Shown one piece after another: positions 45,254 to 54,124 of a stretch of DNA of 64,000 bases. The DNA is taken from contig CAYLXA010000006.1 of assembly GCA_964387845.1 (NCBI GenBank), forward strand, positions 32,001 to 96,000, written 5' to 3'. The DNA is from an uncultured bacterium. GTDB lineage: Bacteria > Omnitrophota > Omnitrophia > Omnitrophales > Abzuiibacteriaceae. The notes under the pieces were generated by a model that saw nothing but the letters and a program-made list of their open reading frames with translations, made no database searches and was not told the origin of the DNA. Every line of letters starts with the position of its first letter. Within the stretch, counting starts at the first letter, position 1. Both the position numbers and the translations under genes were made by a program.

Positions 45254-45892
45254 TTAATGAATTGCAGGCCGGGTGACTAAGAAAAGGCGAGCTTCAATTG
45301 AATCGATATTCCGGAATTTGTGCGGAATGCCGCCGTCAAAGTAGGCGGATTCATTGGCGTGCAGAGTCTTGATTTTGTTGCCGAAAGTAACTTCCAAAGT
45401 CCCTGACTCCAGGAAAATGCAGATCATCGAATTATCCCGGAACTTCCACTTCTTCAACTCTTTGAAGGGCTTAATATTCATAATGCCCATAAAAAAGTCA
45501 CGGCCGCTAGTGCCCGGAGGGCTCAGGGACTGAATAGAAAAGCCGTGCTGGCTATATTCAATGAAACCGCGCTGTCCAAATCCGCAGGTGTAGAAGGCGC
45601 CTTCCCATTCGCCCATCGCACGTGTGGCAAGTTCCGAAAATGAGATTTGAAAGGCAGATGCAATCTGTACAAGCTTATCGGATGATGGGTCCTGAATGCG
45701 TTGTGCAATGATATTGAATAAATGCTTTTCATTGATGCCTGCCTTTTCTGCAAGCCATCCCACTGAAGCATCATCGCCGCGTCCTCGGCGTTCTTCCATT
45801 AACACTTTGATTGCCGCGCCCCACAGTGGGATTTTTTTTCGAGGGTAGCTTTTGAACTGTTCGTCTAAGTCGCTTTTGATTTCGTTGTACAT
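45254..45892 (-). CDS. XRE-family HTH transcriptional regulator with C-terminal cupin domain
   Basis: HTH_XRE region GWLAEKAGINEKHLFNIIAQ...LVQIASAFQISFSELA. Cupin region AYFDGGIPHKFRN. Confidence 0.7.
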   Translation of the reverse strand: MYNEIKSDLDEQFKSYPRKKIPLWGAAIKVLMEERRGRGDDASVGWLAEKAGINEKHLFNIIAQRIQDPSSDKLVQIASAFQISFSELATRAMGEWEGAFYTCGFGQRGFIEYSQHGFSIQSLSPPGTSGRDFFMGIMNIKPFKELKKWKFRDNSMICIFLESGTLEVTFGNKIKTLHANESAYFDGGIPHKFRNIDSIEARLFLVTRPAIH

Positions 45893-46167
45893 ATTTGGTC
45901 TTTCAGAAATGCTTTGATAGTTTGTTTAAATATCTATTAATTATTTATAACACACTAAGATAATAACTCGTGATTTTTGGTTTTTCAAGCTCTCTGACTC
46001 TGAAATTTAAAAAAACAACCACATTGGCTATTGACACAGATAAAAATGTCGGGTAAAGAACAAGCAAGTCATTGAATCGCCAAAAAGCATGTAATAAACA
46101 CGATTAAAATGAAGTTATTTTAAATAACTTTTTGGTATTGTCAATGATATTTTTCAAGGAGGCAGTG

Positions 46168-46311
46168 ATGTTGAACACTCTAAAAACAAGGTGCCTAATA
46201 CCAAGGGCCGTTCGGAATCCAAAGGCGTTTACGCGTTGGGTTCGAATGAAATGGATTGTCCGGGTCAGGTTAACGGAGCAAGAGTTGGGAGGTCAATTCG
46301 AGTGTTGTTAA
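46168..46311 (+). CDS. candidate small ORF (47 aa, very basic, ends in -ECC) with strong Shine-Dalgarno, translationally coupled (TAATG) to the next ORF
   Basis: aaggagg at 46156-46162, 5 nt upstream of the ATG at 46168. The stop TAA at 46309-46311 overlaps the ATG at 46311 of the next ORF. Confidence 0.3.
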   Translation: MLNTLKTRCLIPRAVRNPKAFTRWVRMKWIVRVRLTEQELGGQFECC

Positions 46312-46673
46312 TGAAGGCACAGAGAAAGCCGGCCCCGGTTATCCTTAATGCACTCATTGCTCAGCATGCTTATTTTGTGATTGGCTTGCTGAGGATAGGA
46401 CTAGGGCGCATTAAAGTGAACGATGCTGAACTGATTCATCATTGCGAAGTTGCAGTCTATCACTTGGAATCGTTGATCGATCAGCTGGATGATGCCTTTA
46501 TGATTGCGACATGCCAGTCTTTGATCCAAGCGTTCCGAGAGTGTATTGCCCATCAAAACTTGCTTAGTTTGCAGAATCACTACCGGCTTCCGGCACGGTA
46601 TTTTATCGAGCGCTTTGGAACCCGGGAATTGGTCCGTGAATTTTTGAATAAACGAGAAAAGGTCATGGTATGA
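46311..46673 (+). CDS. hypothetical all-alpha protein (120 aa), coupled upstream (TAATG) and downstream (ATGA) within a three-gene operon
   Basis: In-frame ATG at 46311. The six-frame track extends this frame back to a GTG at 46191 (160 aa), which would overlap the small ORF. No family motif recognised. Confidence 0.4.
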   Translation: MKAQRKPAPVILNALIAQHAYFVIGLLRIGLGRIKVNDAELIHHCEVAVYHLESLIDQLDDAFMIATCQSLIQAFRECIAHQNLLSLQNHYRLPARYFIERFGTRELVREFLNKREKVMV

Positions 46674-47341
46674 AAAAAATGAAAAATCGTATCGCTTCTC
46701 ATCCATCCGATATTTACAGCAAATTAAGCTCGCAAGCCGCTCAAGCGTACGATTTTCAGCGAGTGAGCCAAAGCGGTGTCGGCGATACGATCCGAAGCTT
46801 CCGACAGACGAAAGGCATCAGAGCGGCGCATCTTGCCAGAAAGGCCGGGCTAGATCCTCGGACTTTGGCGGCTATTGAATCTGGGCATATCCAGAATCCT
46901 TCCCTTGAAAAGCTGCGAAACATTTCAGCTTCGCTTGAAGTTTCGATTGCGGATTTATTTTTGCATATGCAGGCTTCACAGCCTGAAAATTTTTATCTGG
47001 GCGAGCAGCGCGGCACCCATGCATTTGAATTTCAGCAAGAGGGGTTTAAAGCAGTTTCATACACTCCCATGAACCCGAGTTTTTTTATCGGAAAGGTGAC
47101 GCTTGCCGGGAAGGCATTTTTGAATGCAGGCGTGCTGCCGTCTGAGGGGCATTTCTTTATTCAAATGATTTTGGGAAAATTGAAATTGTCCATCCAGCAA
47201 GAGGAAGTGGTTGTGAAGGAGGGTTCGCATCTTTTGATGAATGGGCGGCTGCCGCACACATTTCAAAATCTGCTGATCAAAGAAACCTCCTTTCTTTTTG
47301 TGAGCGTCCCGTCCTTTGTTGCATTTTCATCCCGCCGTTAA
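46670..47341 (+). CDS. XRE-family HTH transcriptional regulator with C-terminal cupin domain
   Basis: HTH: IRSFRQTKGIRAAHLARKAGLDPRTLAAIESGH...LRNISASLEVSIADLF. Cupin-like C-terminus (LMNGRLPHTFQN). Confidence 0.7.
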   Translation: MKKMKNRIASHPSDIYSKLSSQAAQAYDFQRVSQSGVGDTIRSFRQTKGIRAAHLARKAGLDPRTLAAIESGHIQNPSLEKLRNISASLEVSIADLFLHMQASQPENFYLGEQRGTHAFEFQQEGFKAVSYTPMNPSFFIGKVTLAGKAFLNAGVLPSEGHFFIQMILGKLKLSIQQEEVVVKEGSHLLMNGRLPHTFQNLLIKETSFLFVSVPSFVAFSSRR

Positions 47342-47470
47342 GCACTTTTTTTGGTTGCTTTAAAGATTAATAAACATTCAAAAAAGTTGCTGATTTTGCC
47401 GATAATTTTAGGTAACCTAAGCCGACAGATTGACTTAGTGCTTTGATTCGATATAATCAATTCACAAAAC

Positions 47471-49426
47471 TTGCAGCGATCAATGACCCAAAAATTATCC
47501 AAGTTCATCCGCCGGATTTGTTTTGCGCTGATCGTGGTTTTGACCTCCTCTATCTATTTAGATTCCAACCCCGTTTTATCTGATACTTTTAAGACCACCG
47601 TTAAACCGATCGATGCTAACCGGGATGAGCAGGAGATTATGCGCGACCGAGATAATGCCATTAACGCTGCATTCGGCGAAATTAAAAAGGAAACGCCTGC
47701 ACCGAGTGCCAAAGCAGAAAAGAAAGACAAAGACAATGAAATAAAAAAGCACGACCAGTCTTCTCCAGCTCCGGCCGAGAAAGAAACAAGGCCGAAAAAA
47801 CGGCGAAGTTGGTTTGCTTTCTGGGGAAAAAATGATTCAGACAGAGCTGCCCCCAATATCATGCAGGAGGTAAGGGAAAAGCGGAAAGAGCGCCTCGAGC
47901 AATTTCCGGGAATTGACCCGGAGCACGTCAGGGAATCGATCGACGAAATGAAAATTGTGACGAAGCGCGAATTTCTTGCCAAAGACAAACACAGCTTGGA
48001 AGACGTGATCAGCCGTGCGGTGCAAGTGCATTTACCGGCACAAATTGCGCGTGAGCGGATCGAACTTGCCGAGAAGCGAATTATAAAGGCGTTTAGAGAT
48101 TTTTTCAGCGATTTGGATTTTACGCGAACCCAGAAAGATGGAACTTTATCGACAGACGCTTACAAAAGCCGCAGCTGGCGCTTGGCATTTCGGCAGCCGC
48201 TTTTTCGCGGCGGGATTATTTGGAATACATTTCAGCTCGAAATGGAAGGGCGTGAAACCGCGCGGCGCGAATATGAAAAAACCGTTTCGAATTTAGTGGC
48301 TGATGTTTCAAAAGCTTATTTTGAGTACGAGCGCGCGTGGAACGTGCTGGAAGACCGCAAACGTCTCTTTGGCAAGGCGCAGGAGGCCAAGCGCGTATCG
48401 GATGAAAAAAATCAGGCAAAATTGATTTCTGAGATTGAAAAACTAAACGTCGATTCGCTTTTCAGCCAGGCTCAATATGATTTGGAAACGGCCCAACAGG
48501 ACTTAGAACTTGCAAAGCTTGATCTTCAGAAATATTTGGCGTTAGAAATTGCAGATCCGGTCTCGATCGAGTCCGTTTATCAGATCGATAACATTAAGCT
48601 GGTCGATTTGTCCGGAAAACCCATCCCGCTCTCGTTCGCGGATGAGCCCGAAGGCCAAGCGATTCCGAGGCCCGAGCTGCAGGAGAGTCGAAATGCTTTG
48701 GAGCAATATGTGGATATGGCCTATGCTCATCGTTCAGATTTAAGGGTAGAAGCCTCTAAGCTTCATGCGGCACGTCTTTCGCGTAAAATTTCCGGGGGCA
48801 AAATGCTCCCAGAATGGGATCTTGTGGTAGAATTTGGCGAGTTGGCGGAAGCGTTTCAAACAATTGCGCATCTTCCACCTTATCGTGACGAATGGAAAAT
48901 CGGTTCCGAATTATCATGGAACGTTGGCGGCAGCACGTTTCGGCACACGTATGATCATGACCAGCGCGCACCGAGCGTTTCGCAGTTTTTAGGAACGCAA
49001 GGCCCGATTTCGGATACGCATACGTTTAGTTTCGGGTTTTTTGACAATTTGAATTCGCTGGCGGAATTAAAAGAAACCAAGATCGCAGCGCTTGAGCAGG
49101 TGGTTGAGCTTGAGAAAACGGAGCGCGAAGTGATCCGTGAAGTCAAAGAGGCTTATTTTAATTACAACAAAGCGCTCATTCAGGTTGAATCGAATTACAA
49201 ACGGATGAATTACCGGGACCGTCTCGCGCAGCTGGCGCAGCACCGGTTGGAAACAAATGAAATTCAGGTTTCGGAATTTTTACAGTCCGAAATTGATTAC
49301 ACGGAAGAGCGAATGCAAGTCCATAAGGCGTTGTCCGATTTTTATACGTCGAAAGCGAATTTGAACCGGGCGATTGGTGTCCGGGACTATTTGCAAATCG
49401 AATCACATCAGTTTGAAAGCAGATAA
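47471..49426 (+). CDS. outer membrane efflux protein (TolC/OEP family) with an N-terminal Lys/Glu-rich low-complexity insert
   Basis: Signal peptide. Two OEP-type coiled-coil repeats (e.g. LEDVISRAVQVHLPAQIARERIELAEKRI...; LETAQQDLELAKLDLQKYLA...). Heads an MFP-RND-RND operon. Confidence 0.7.
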   Translation: MQRSMTQKLSKFIRRICFALIVVLTSSIYLDSNPVLSDTFKTTVKPIDANRDEQEIMRDRDNAINAAFGEIKKETPAPSAKAEKKDKDNEIKKHDQSSPAPAEKETRPKKRRSWFAFWGKNDSDRAAPNIMQEVREKRKERLEQFPGIDPEHVRESIDEMKIVTKREFLAKDKHSLEDVISRAVQVHLPAQIARERIELAEKRIIKAFRDFFSDLDFTRTQKDGTLSTDAYKSRSWRLAFRQPLFRGGIIWNTFQLEMEGRETARREYEKTVSNLVADVSKAYFEYERAWNVLEDRKRLFGKAQEAKRVSDEKNQAKLISEIEKLNVDSLFSQAQYDLETAQQDLELAKLDLQKYLALEIADPVSIESVYQIDNIKLVDLSGKPIPLSFADEPEGQAIPRPELQESRNALEQYVDMAYAHRSDLRVEASKLHAARLSRKISGGKMLPEWDLVVEFGELAEAFQTIAHLPPYRDEWKIGSELSWNVGGSTFRHTYDHDQRAPSVSQFLGTQGPISDTHTFSFGFFDNLNSLAELKETKIAALEQVVELEKTEREVIREVKEAYFNYNKALIQVESNYKRMNYRDRLAQLAQHRLETNEIQVSEFLQSEIDYTEERMQVHKALSDFYTSKANLNRAIGVRDYLQIESHQFESR

Positions 49427-49447
49427 AACGGTTCAGAAAGATTAAGT

Positions 49448-50719
49448 ATGGATGAAAACGAGCTAAATCAAAATCCTTTGCCCGAAGATCCGAAAACACC
49501 GGACGAGCCGCCGGTCAATCCGGAGCACAAAACGCCCGTCAATCCCTATTTGAAATCGATCGCCAAGCTGCAGGGCATTCAGAACTCCCCCTATTTCAAG
49601 AAAATCGTCATCGGCGTTGTGATCTTGGCTGTGGCCGGTTTCGGTGCTCAGAAAGTTTTTGAAATCTTCGATAAAAAGTCAAAAGAGAAAATTTCGCAGG
49701 AAAAGCAAGGCGACCAGGTGATCGGCGTGAAGGCCTTTAAAGTTGGGCGTTACAATTACGAAGACTCGCTGAATGAACTCGGTACGATTAAGGGAGCGGT
49801 CGAATTTAAATTGAGTTTTGAAATACCGGGCGTTGTCAGCGCGATCAATTACCGCGAAGGCGAGCGCTACGAAGAAGGTGCATTGTTAATTTCGCTTAAG
49901 CAAGATGACATCCTGCTGCGCTTGAAGCGCGCGCAAGCGGAGCGGAGCAAAGCAGAAACCGCGCTTGCCATTGCGCAGGAAAAAATGAAAGAGCATGAGA
50001 AATTATTTCAAATCGGTGCGATTCCGCAGACCACCCTGGACAAAGTAAAGCTGGAAGTCGACAGCGCCCGGTTTGATGTGGAAGCCAATGATTTGGAAGT
50101 CAAAGCCAACGAAGTCATGCTTGAAAAATCAAATCTCTACGCGCCGACGGCTGGCACCATTGGCGAACTTCACGTCGAGGAAGGCGAGGCCATCACGCAG
50201 AATACGCTGGTCGGAACGCATCTTTCAACCGACCGCGTACTTGCCGAATTTGGCGTGACCGAAAAAGACCTCAATAAATTGTCGCTCGGCCAGAAGGCAA
50301 AAGTGTTTGTCGACGCTTATCCCGATAAAAATTTTGACGGAACGATTGAGAGTATCGGCAGTGTGGTGGTTGGTCAAAGCCGGACGGCAAACGTGAAAGT
50401 CCGTATTGAAAATCCGGAGAATATCCTGGTGCCCGGCATGTTTGCTCGGATTAAAATTCTCCTGTTTCAAAAGAAAAATACACTGGTTTTACCGACTGAT
50501 TCTCTTCAGGGCAAAGAGAAGGATTATTTTGTCTACATTATTGACCCCGGCCAAAAAACCGTTCACAAACAGCCAATCGTGGTGGGTTATCAAAGGACCG
50601 ACTACGCTCAAATTGATTCCGGTGTTAAGGAAGGCGATTTGGTCGCCGTAACCGGTTTAGACCGCCTGCAGGAAGACTCCAAAGTCCGCATTATCGAGAC
50701 CCAAGAAGCAGAATTATAA
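49448..50719 (+). CDS. efflux RND transporter periplasmic adaptor (membrane fusion protein, HlyD/AcrA family)
   Basis: N-terminal TM (IVIGVVILAVAGFGA), a coiled-coil hairpin, lipoyl-like motifs (GTIKGAVEF..., YAPTAGTIGELHVEEGEAI), and C-terminal beta-barrel/MP domains. Confidence 0.8.
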   Translation: MDENELNQNPLPEDPKTPDEPPVNPEHKTPVNPYLKSIAKLQGIQNSPYFKKIVIGVVILAVAGFGAQKVFEIFDKKSKEKISQEKQGDQVIGVKAFKVGRYNYEDSLNELGTIKGAVEFKLSFEIPGVVSAINYREGERYEEGALLISLKQDDILLRLKRAQAERSKAETALAIAQEKMKEHEKLFQIGAIPQTTLDKVKLEVDSARFDVEANDLEVKANEVMLEKSNLYAPTAGTIGELHVEEGEAITQNTLVGTHLSTDRVLAEFGVTEKDLNKLSLGQKAKVFVDAYPDKNFDGTIESIGSVVVGQSRTANVKVRIENPENILVPGMFARIKILLFQKKNTLVLPTDSLQGKEKDYFVYIIDPGQKTVHKQPIVVGYQRTDYAQIDSGVKEGDLVAVTGLDRLQEDSKVRIIETQEAEL

Positions 50720-50803
50720 GCCCGAAATTTGCCTTCCGTTTTCACCCCTCCGAGCCGATAAATTATCTGTAGTGTATACTTATTCAAGTCTTTAAATTTG
50801 TAA

Positions 50804-53800
50804 GTGCGGAGCGCTATGACTTTACCTGAATACGCAATCAAGCGGCGTGTAACAACCGTGATGGTGTTCTGCGGCATCGTTTTTCTGGGCCTCATTGCGC
50901 TGACCCGGATGTCGCAAGAGCTTTTCCCGCGGATTAGTTTTCCGCAGGTTACCGTTGTGACGGATTACGCCAATGCCGCGCCGGAAGAAATCGAAACGCT
51001 CATCACACGGCCCCTCGAAGAAGCGATCAGCTCAGTGAGCGGCTTGCGCCGCATCGAATCCATCTCACGCGAAGGCAAAAGCACCGTTAGTGTTGCGTTT
51101 AATTGGAATCAGGACATCGATTTCGCGGCGCTCGCGGTCCGGGAAAAAATCGATCTTGTCAAAGAACGCCTTCCGAAGGAATCCGAAGATCCTGTCGTGC
51201 TCAAATTTGATCCGCTTTCAAAACCTGTTTTAATTTTATCCGTTACGGGAAAGATGTCGCCAGTTGAGCTGAAGGAAGTTGCCGAGCATACACTGCAGGA
51301 CAACCTCGAAAAAGTGGAAGGCGTGGCGTCCATTACCGTTTCGGGCGGCATGGACCGTGAAATCATTGCCGAAATCGACCAAGGTCAGCTTCAATCGGCC
51401 GGCGCATCACTGCTTCAGGTGATTGATTCCATTGATACGGCCAATGTTTCTTATCCGGCCGGCAGTATTAAAAAGGGTTTGTACGAATATCTCATCCGTA
51501 CGGTCGGAGAATTCCGATCGATTCCCGAGATCGGCTTTACGGTGATTAAAGCCGTGGCGCGCGACCGCTCACATGTGCGGGATACGGGGTTTGTGGAGCG
51601 CGGCGCCGAAGGTCCGCGCGCGACGCTGGATACCGAACGGGAACAAAAAGAGCGGGGCATTCAGGAAAAAAGATTAGTTCTTTTAAATGATATCGGAATT
51701 GTTCAAGATACTTTTGCCGAGCGGACAACGATTTCGCGGCACAATCAGCAGGAAAATGTGTCGGTGGCGATACAAAAACAGGCAACGACGAATTCGGTGG
51801 AACTCGTGGACCGGATCCGGCTCGCGCTCGTATTCTTACAGGAAGATTTAAACGCCCGGGGCATGCAAGTAAAAGTAGTTTACGATCAATCCGAGTTTGT
51901 CTCTCAAGCTATTGAGGATACGAAGCAAAGCGCGCTTGAAGGCGGCCTGCTGGCGGCGATCGTTTTATTTTTCTTTTTTTGGGATTTTAGAAGTGCGGGG
52001 CTCATCGCATTGTCGGTTCCCATTTCGGTGCTCGGTTCGTTCTTTCTCCTCAATCTGCAGGGAATCACGATCAACACGATGTCGCTAAGCGGCATGGCGC
52101 TCGGCATCGGGATGATGGTGGACAACTGTATTGTGGTGCTTGAAAATATTTTCCGGCTGCGGGAGGAAGGCCGTTCGCCCGAAGATGCATCGGTGGATGG
52201 CGCCAATGAAGTATTTTGGCCGGTTTTTTCTTCCACGCTTACGACTGATGCTGTTTTTCTTCCGCTGATTTTGTTTGTGCCCGGTGTTGCCGGCCAGTTA
52301 TTCAAAGATTTGTCGTGGGCGATTATCCACTGCTCGAACATTTCGTTCCTGATTTCTGTTTGGCTGATCCCGATGGCGGCCGTTTATATTCAGCCGCCCG
52401 CAAAAAAAGCAGCACAAAATGTCGAGAAACGCCAGCGTTTTCAAAAGCAAGTACAGGATTTCTTTGCCAAGCGTACGCACGCTCAGCAAAATACGGTCTT
52501 GCTTTCAATTGTCCTGGTGGCGCTTGTGCTATTTTTCGTCGGCGTTGCAATTTTTCGTTCTCTTGATACGGAAGTTCTGCCGAAGGTGGATCAGGGCAAA
52601 TTTTTTGTTAAACTGAATCTTCCGGTTGGATCGAGAATTGAAGCTACCGATGAACTGGCCAAGATTGTGGAAAAGCATTTAGACCGGATTCAGGAAGTTG
52701 AAACCATTCAAGTGGATATCGGCTCGGCTTCAAGTTCCAAAATCGGTGCTGTAAAAGTCGACACCTTGCGTGCATCGCAGGCATTGATTCTCGTATCGCT
52801 CAATAAGGATCGAAAACGATCCTCGTATGAAGTTATTGAAGATTTGAAACAATCTTTGGGTACTGAAAATTTAGCGCAAGCAAATATTGAATACATGCTT
52901 GAAGAAAATGAATTTGCGTTTGCGACTGCCGGCGGCAAGCCGATTGTAATCGAAGTGAAGGGGTATGATTTGGAAATTTTACGGTCGCTTGCGGAAGAAG
53001 CGGAAAGAAAAATCAAAAATATCCCGGGTGTTATGGAAGTGATTTCGGATGTCGGAGAGCGCTCGCCCGAAACCATGATTGAAATCGATAAGAAAAAAGC
53101 TTCACTGTACGCGATTTCGGCGCGTGATATTTCGCTCACAGCCAAAGCCGCAATCGACGGCGCGGTGGCGACAAAATACAAAGAGGCCGGCCGTGAAATT
53201 GACGTCCGGGTCCGGCTCCGCGAGAAAGACCGAGAGGACATGACGCGGCTCGGCGACCTTTTGGTCAGGAGTGATAGTCTCGAAATTTCCGTTCCGCTAA
53301 AAGCCATTGCAACCATCAAGTCCGGCTATGGGCCCAGTGAAATTAAGCGTAAAGATCAAATACGGACAGTCTCCGTTGCGGCTGCAATTAAGAAAGATTT
53401 TAAAGAAAAAAATGTCTTAAAATCGGTTGCAGAAGCTATTGCGCAAATAGACCGGCCTGAAACTTATGAAGTTAAGCTGGTGGGTAAAGCTCGCGAAGTC
53501 AGGGAATCATTCCGGATGATCGCATTTGCGATCACGCTCGCGCTCATTTTAAACTACATGATCATGGCCGCGCAGTTTGAATCATTCCTGCAGCCGTTTG
53601 TGATCATGCTTGTGGTTCCGCTGGCACTTTTCGGTATTGCGGTTGCGCTATTACTAACCGGGACGGCCGTAAGCGTTATTTCCTTGATGGGCATTTTGTT
53701 AATCGGCGGCTCGGGAACCAACTCCGGCATTATTTTGATTGATTTTATTAATCAGCGCCGCATTGAAGGCGCACGGCTCATGCAGGCTGCGATTGAATCC

Positions 53801-54037
53801 GCGTTTGTGCGCTTTCGTGCGATCATGATGTCGGCACTCACAGCTGCAGTCGGGCTCATTCCGCTCTCTTTTGGCGCCGATCTGCAAGCACCGCTTGCGA
53901 TTTCAATGATCGGCGGGACGATCAGCTCGACCTTGCTGACGCTTTGCGTGATTCCTGCGGTTTATGTGTTGATGATTCGCTTATCAGACCGAATTTTAAA
54001 TGGGCCGCTTTTAACGGATGAAGCCGTTTTGGAATAA
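50804..54037 (+). CDS. RND efflux permease (AcrB/MdtB/CzcA superfamily), 12-TM
   Basis: 1077 aa. The N-terminus (PEYAIKRRVTTVMVFCGIVFLGLIAL...FPRISFPQVTVVTDYANAAPEEIE) is canonical for the family. The two large periplasmic loops and two TM bundles are typical (..GMMVDNCIVVLENIF..; ..LIGGSGTNSGIILIDF..). Confidence 0.9.
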   Translation: MRSAMTLPEYAIKRRVTTVMVFCGIVFLGLIALTRMSQELFPRISFPQVTVVTDYANAAPEEIETLITRPLEEAISSVSGLRRIESISREGKSTVSVAFNWNQDIDFAALAVREKIDLVKERLPKESEDPVVLKFDPLSKPVLILSVTGKMSPVELKEVAEHTLQDNLEKVEGVASITVSGGMDREIIAEIDQGQLQSAGASLLQVIDSIDTANVSYPAGSIKKGLYEYLIRTVGEFRSIPEIGFTVIKAVARDRSHVRDTGFVERGAEGPRATLDTEREQKERGIQEKRLVLLNDIGIVQDTFAERTTISRHNQQENVSVAIQKQATTNSVELVDRIRLALVFLQEDLNARGMQVKVVYDQSEFVSQAIEDTKQSALEGGLLAAIVLFFFFWDFRSAGLIALSVPISVLGSFFLLNLQGITINTMSLSGMALGIGMMVDNCIVVLENIFRLREEGRSPEDASVDGANEVFWPVFSSTLTTDAVFLPLILFVPGVAGQLFKDLSWAIIHCSNISFLISVWLIPMAAVYIQPPAKKAAQNVEKRQRFQKQVQDFFAKRTHAQQNTVLLSIVLVALVLFFVGVAIFRSLDTEVLPKVDQGKFFVKLNLPVGSRIEATDELAKIVEKHLDRIQEVETIQVDIGSASSSKIGAVKVDTLRASQALILVSLNKDRKRSSYEVIEDLKQSLGTENLAQANIEYMLEENEFAFATAGGKPIVIEVKGYDLEILRSLAEEAERKIKNIPGVMEVISDVGERSPETMIEIDKKKASLYAISARDISLTAKAAIDGAVATKYKEAGREIDVRVRLREKDREDMTRLGDLLVRSDSLEISVPLKAIATIKSGYGPSEIKRKDQIRTVSVAAAIKKDFKEKNVLKSVAEAIAQIDRPETYEVKLVGKAREVRESFRMIAFAITLALILNYMIMAAQFESFLQPFVIMLVVPLALFGIAVALLLTGTAVSVISLMGILLIGGSGTNSGIILIDFINQRRIEGARLMQAAIESAFVRFRAIMMSALTAAVGLIPLSFGADLQAPLAISMIGGTISSTLLTLCVIPAVYVLMIRLSDRILNGPLLTDEAVLE

Positions 54038-54124
54038 ATTTAAATTTCAAAATTAAAAATTCAAAATATTTGAAATATTAGGATTATTCGCACGGTTTTG
54101 AACTTTTAGTTTTGAATTTGTGAA

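Noticed and set aside
46191..46310. GTG-initiated 160-aa version of the ORF ending at 46673
   Set aside because: The only strong ribosome-binding site in the region is positioned for the ATG at 46168 in another frame. The TAATG junction at 46309-46313 gives a clean coupled start for a 120-aa version. This is kept as ambiguous rather than asserted.
47650..47830. Lys/Glu/Asp-rich low-complexity stretch near the N-terminus of the TolC-like protein, considered as a nucleotide tandem repeat
   Set aside because: At the DNA level it is compositionally biased (aaa/gaa-rich) but not a true tandem repeat. It is treated as a protein low-complexity linker.
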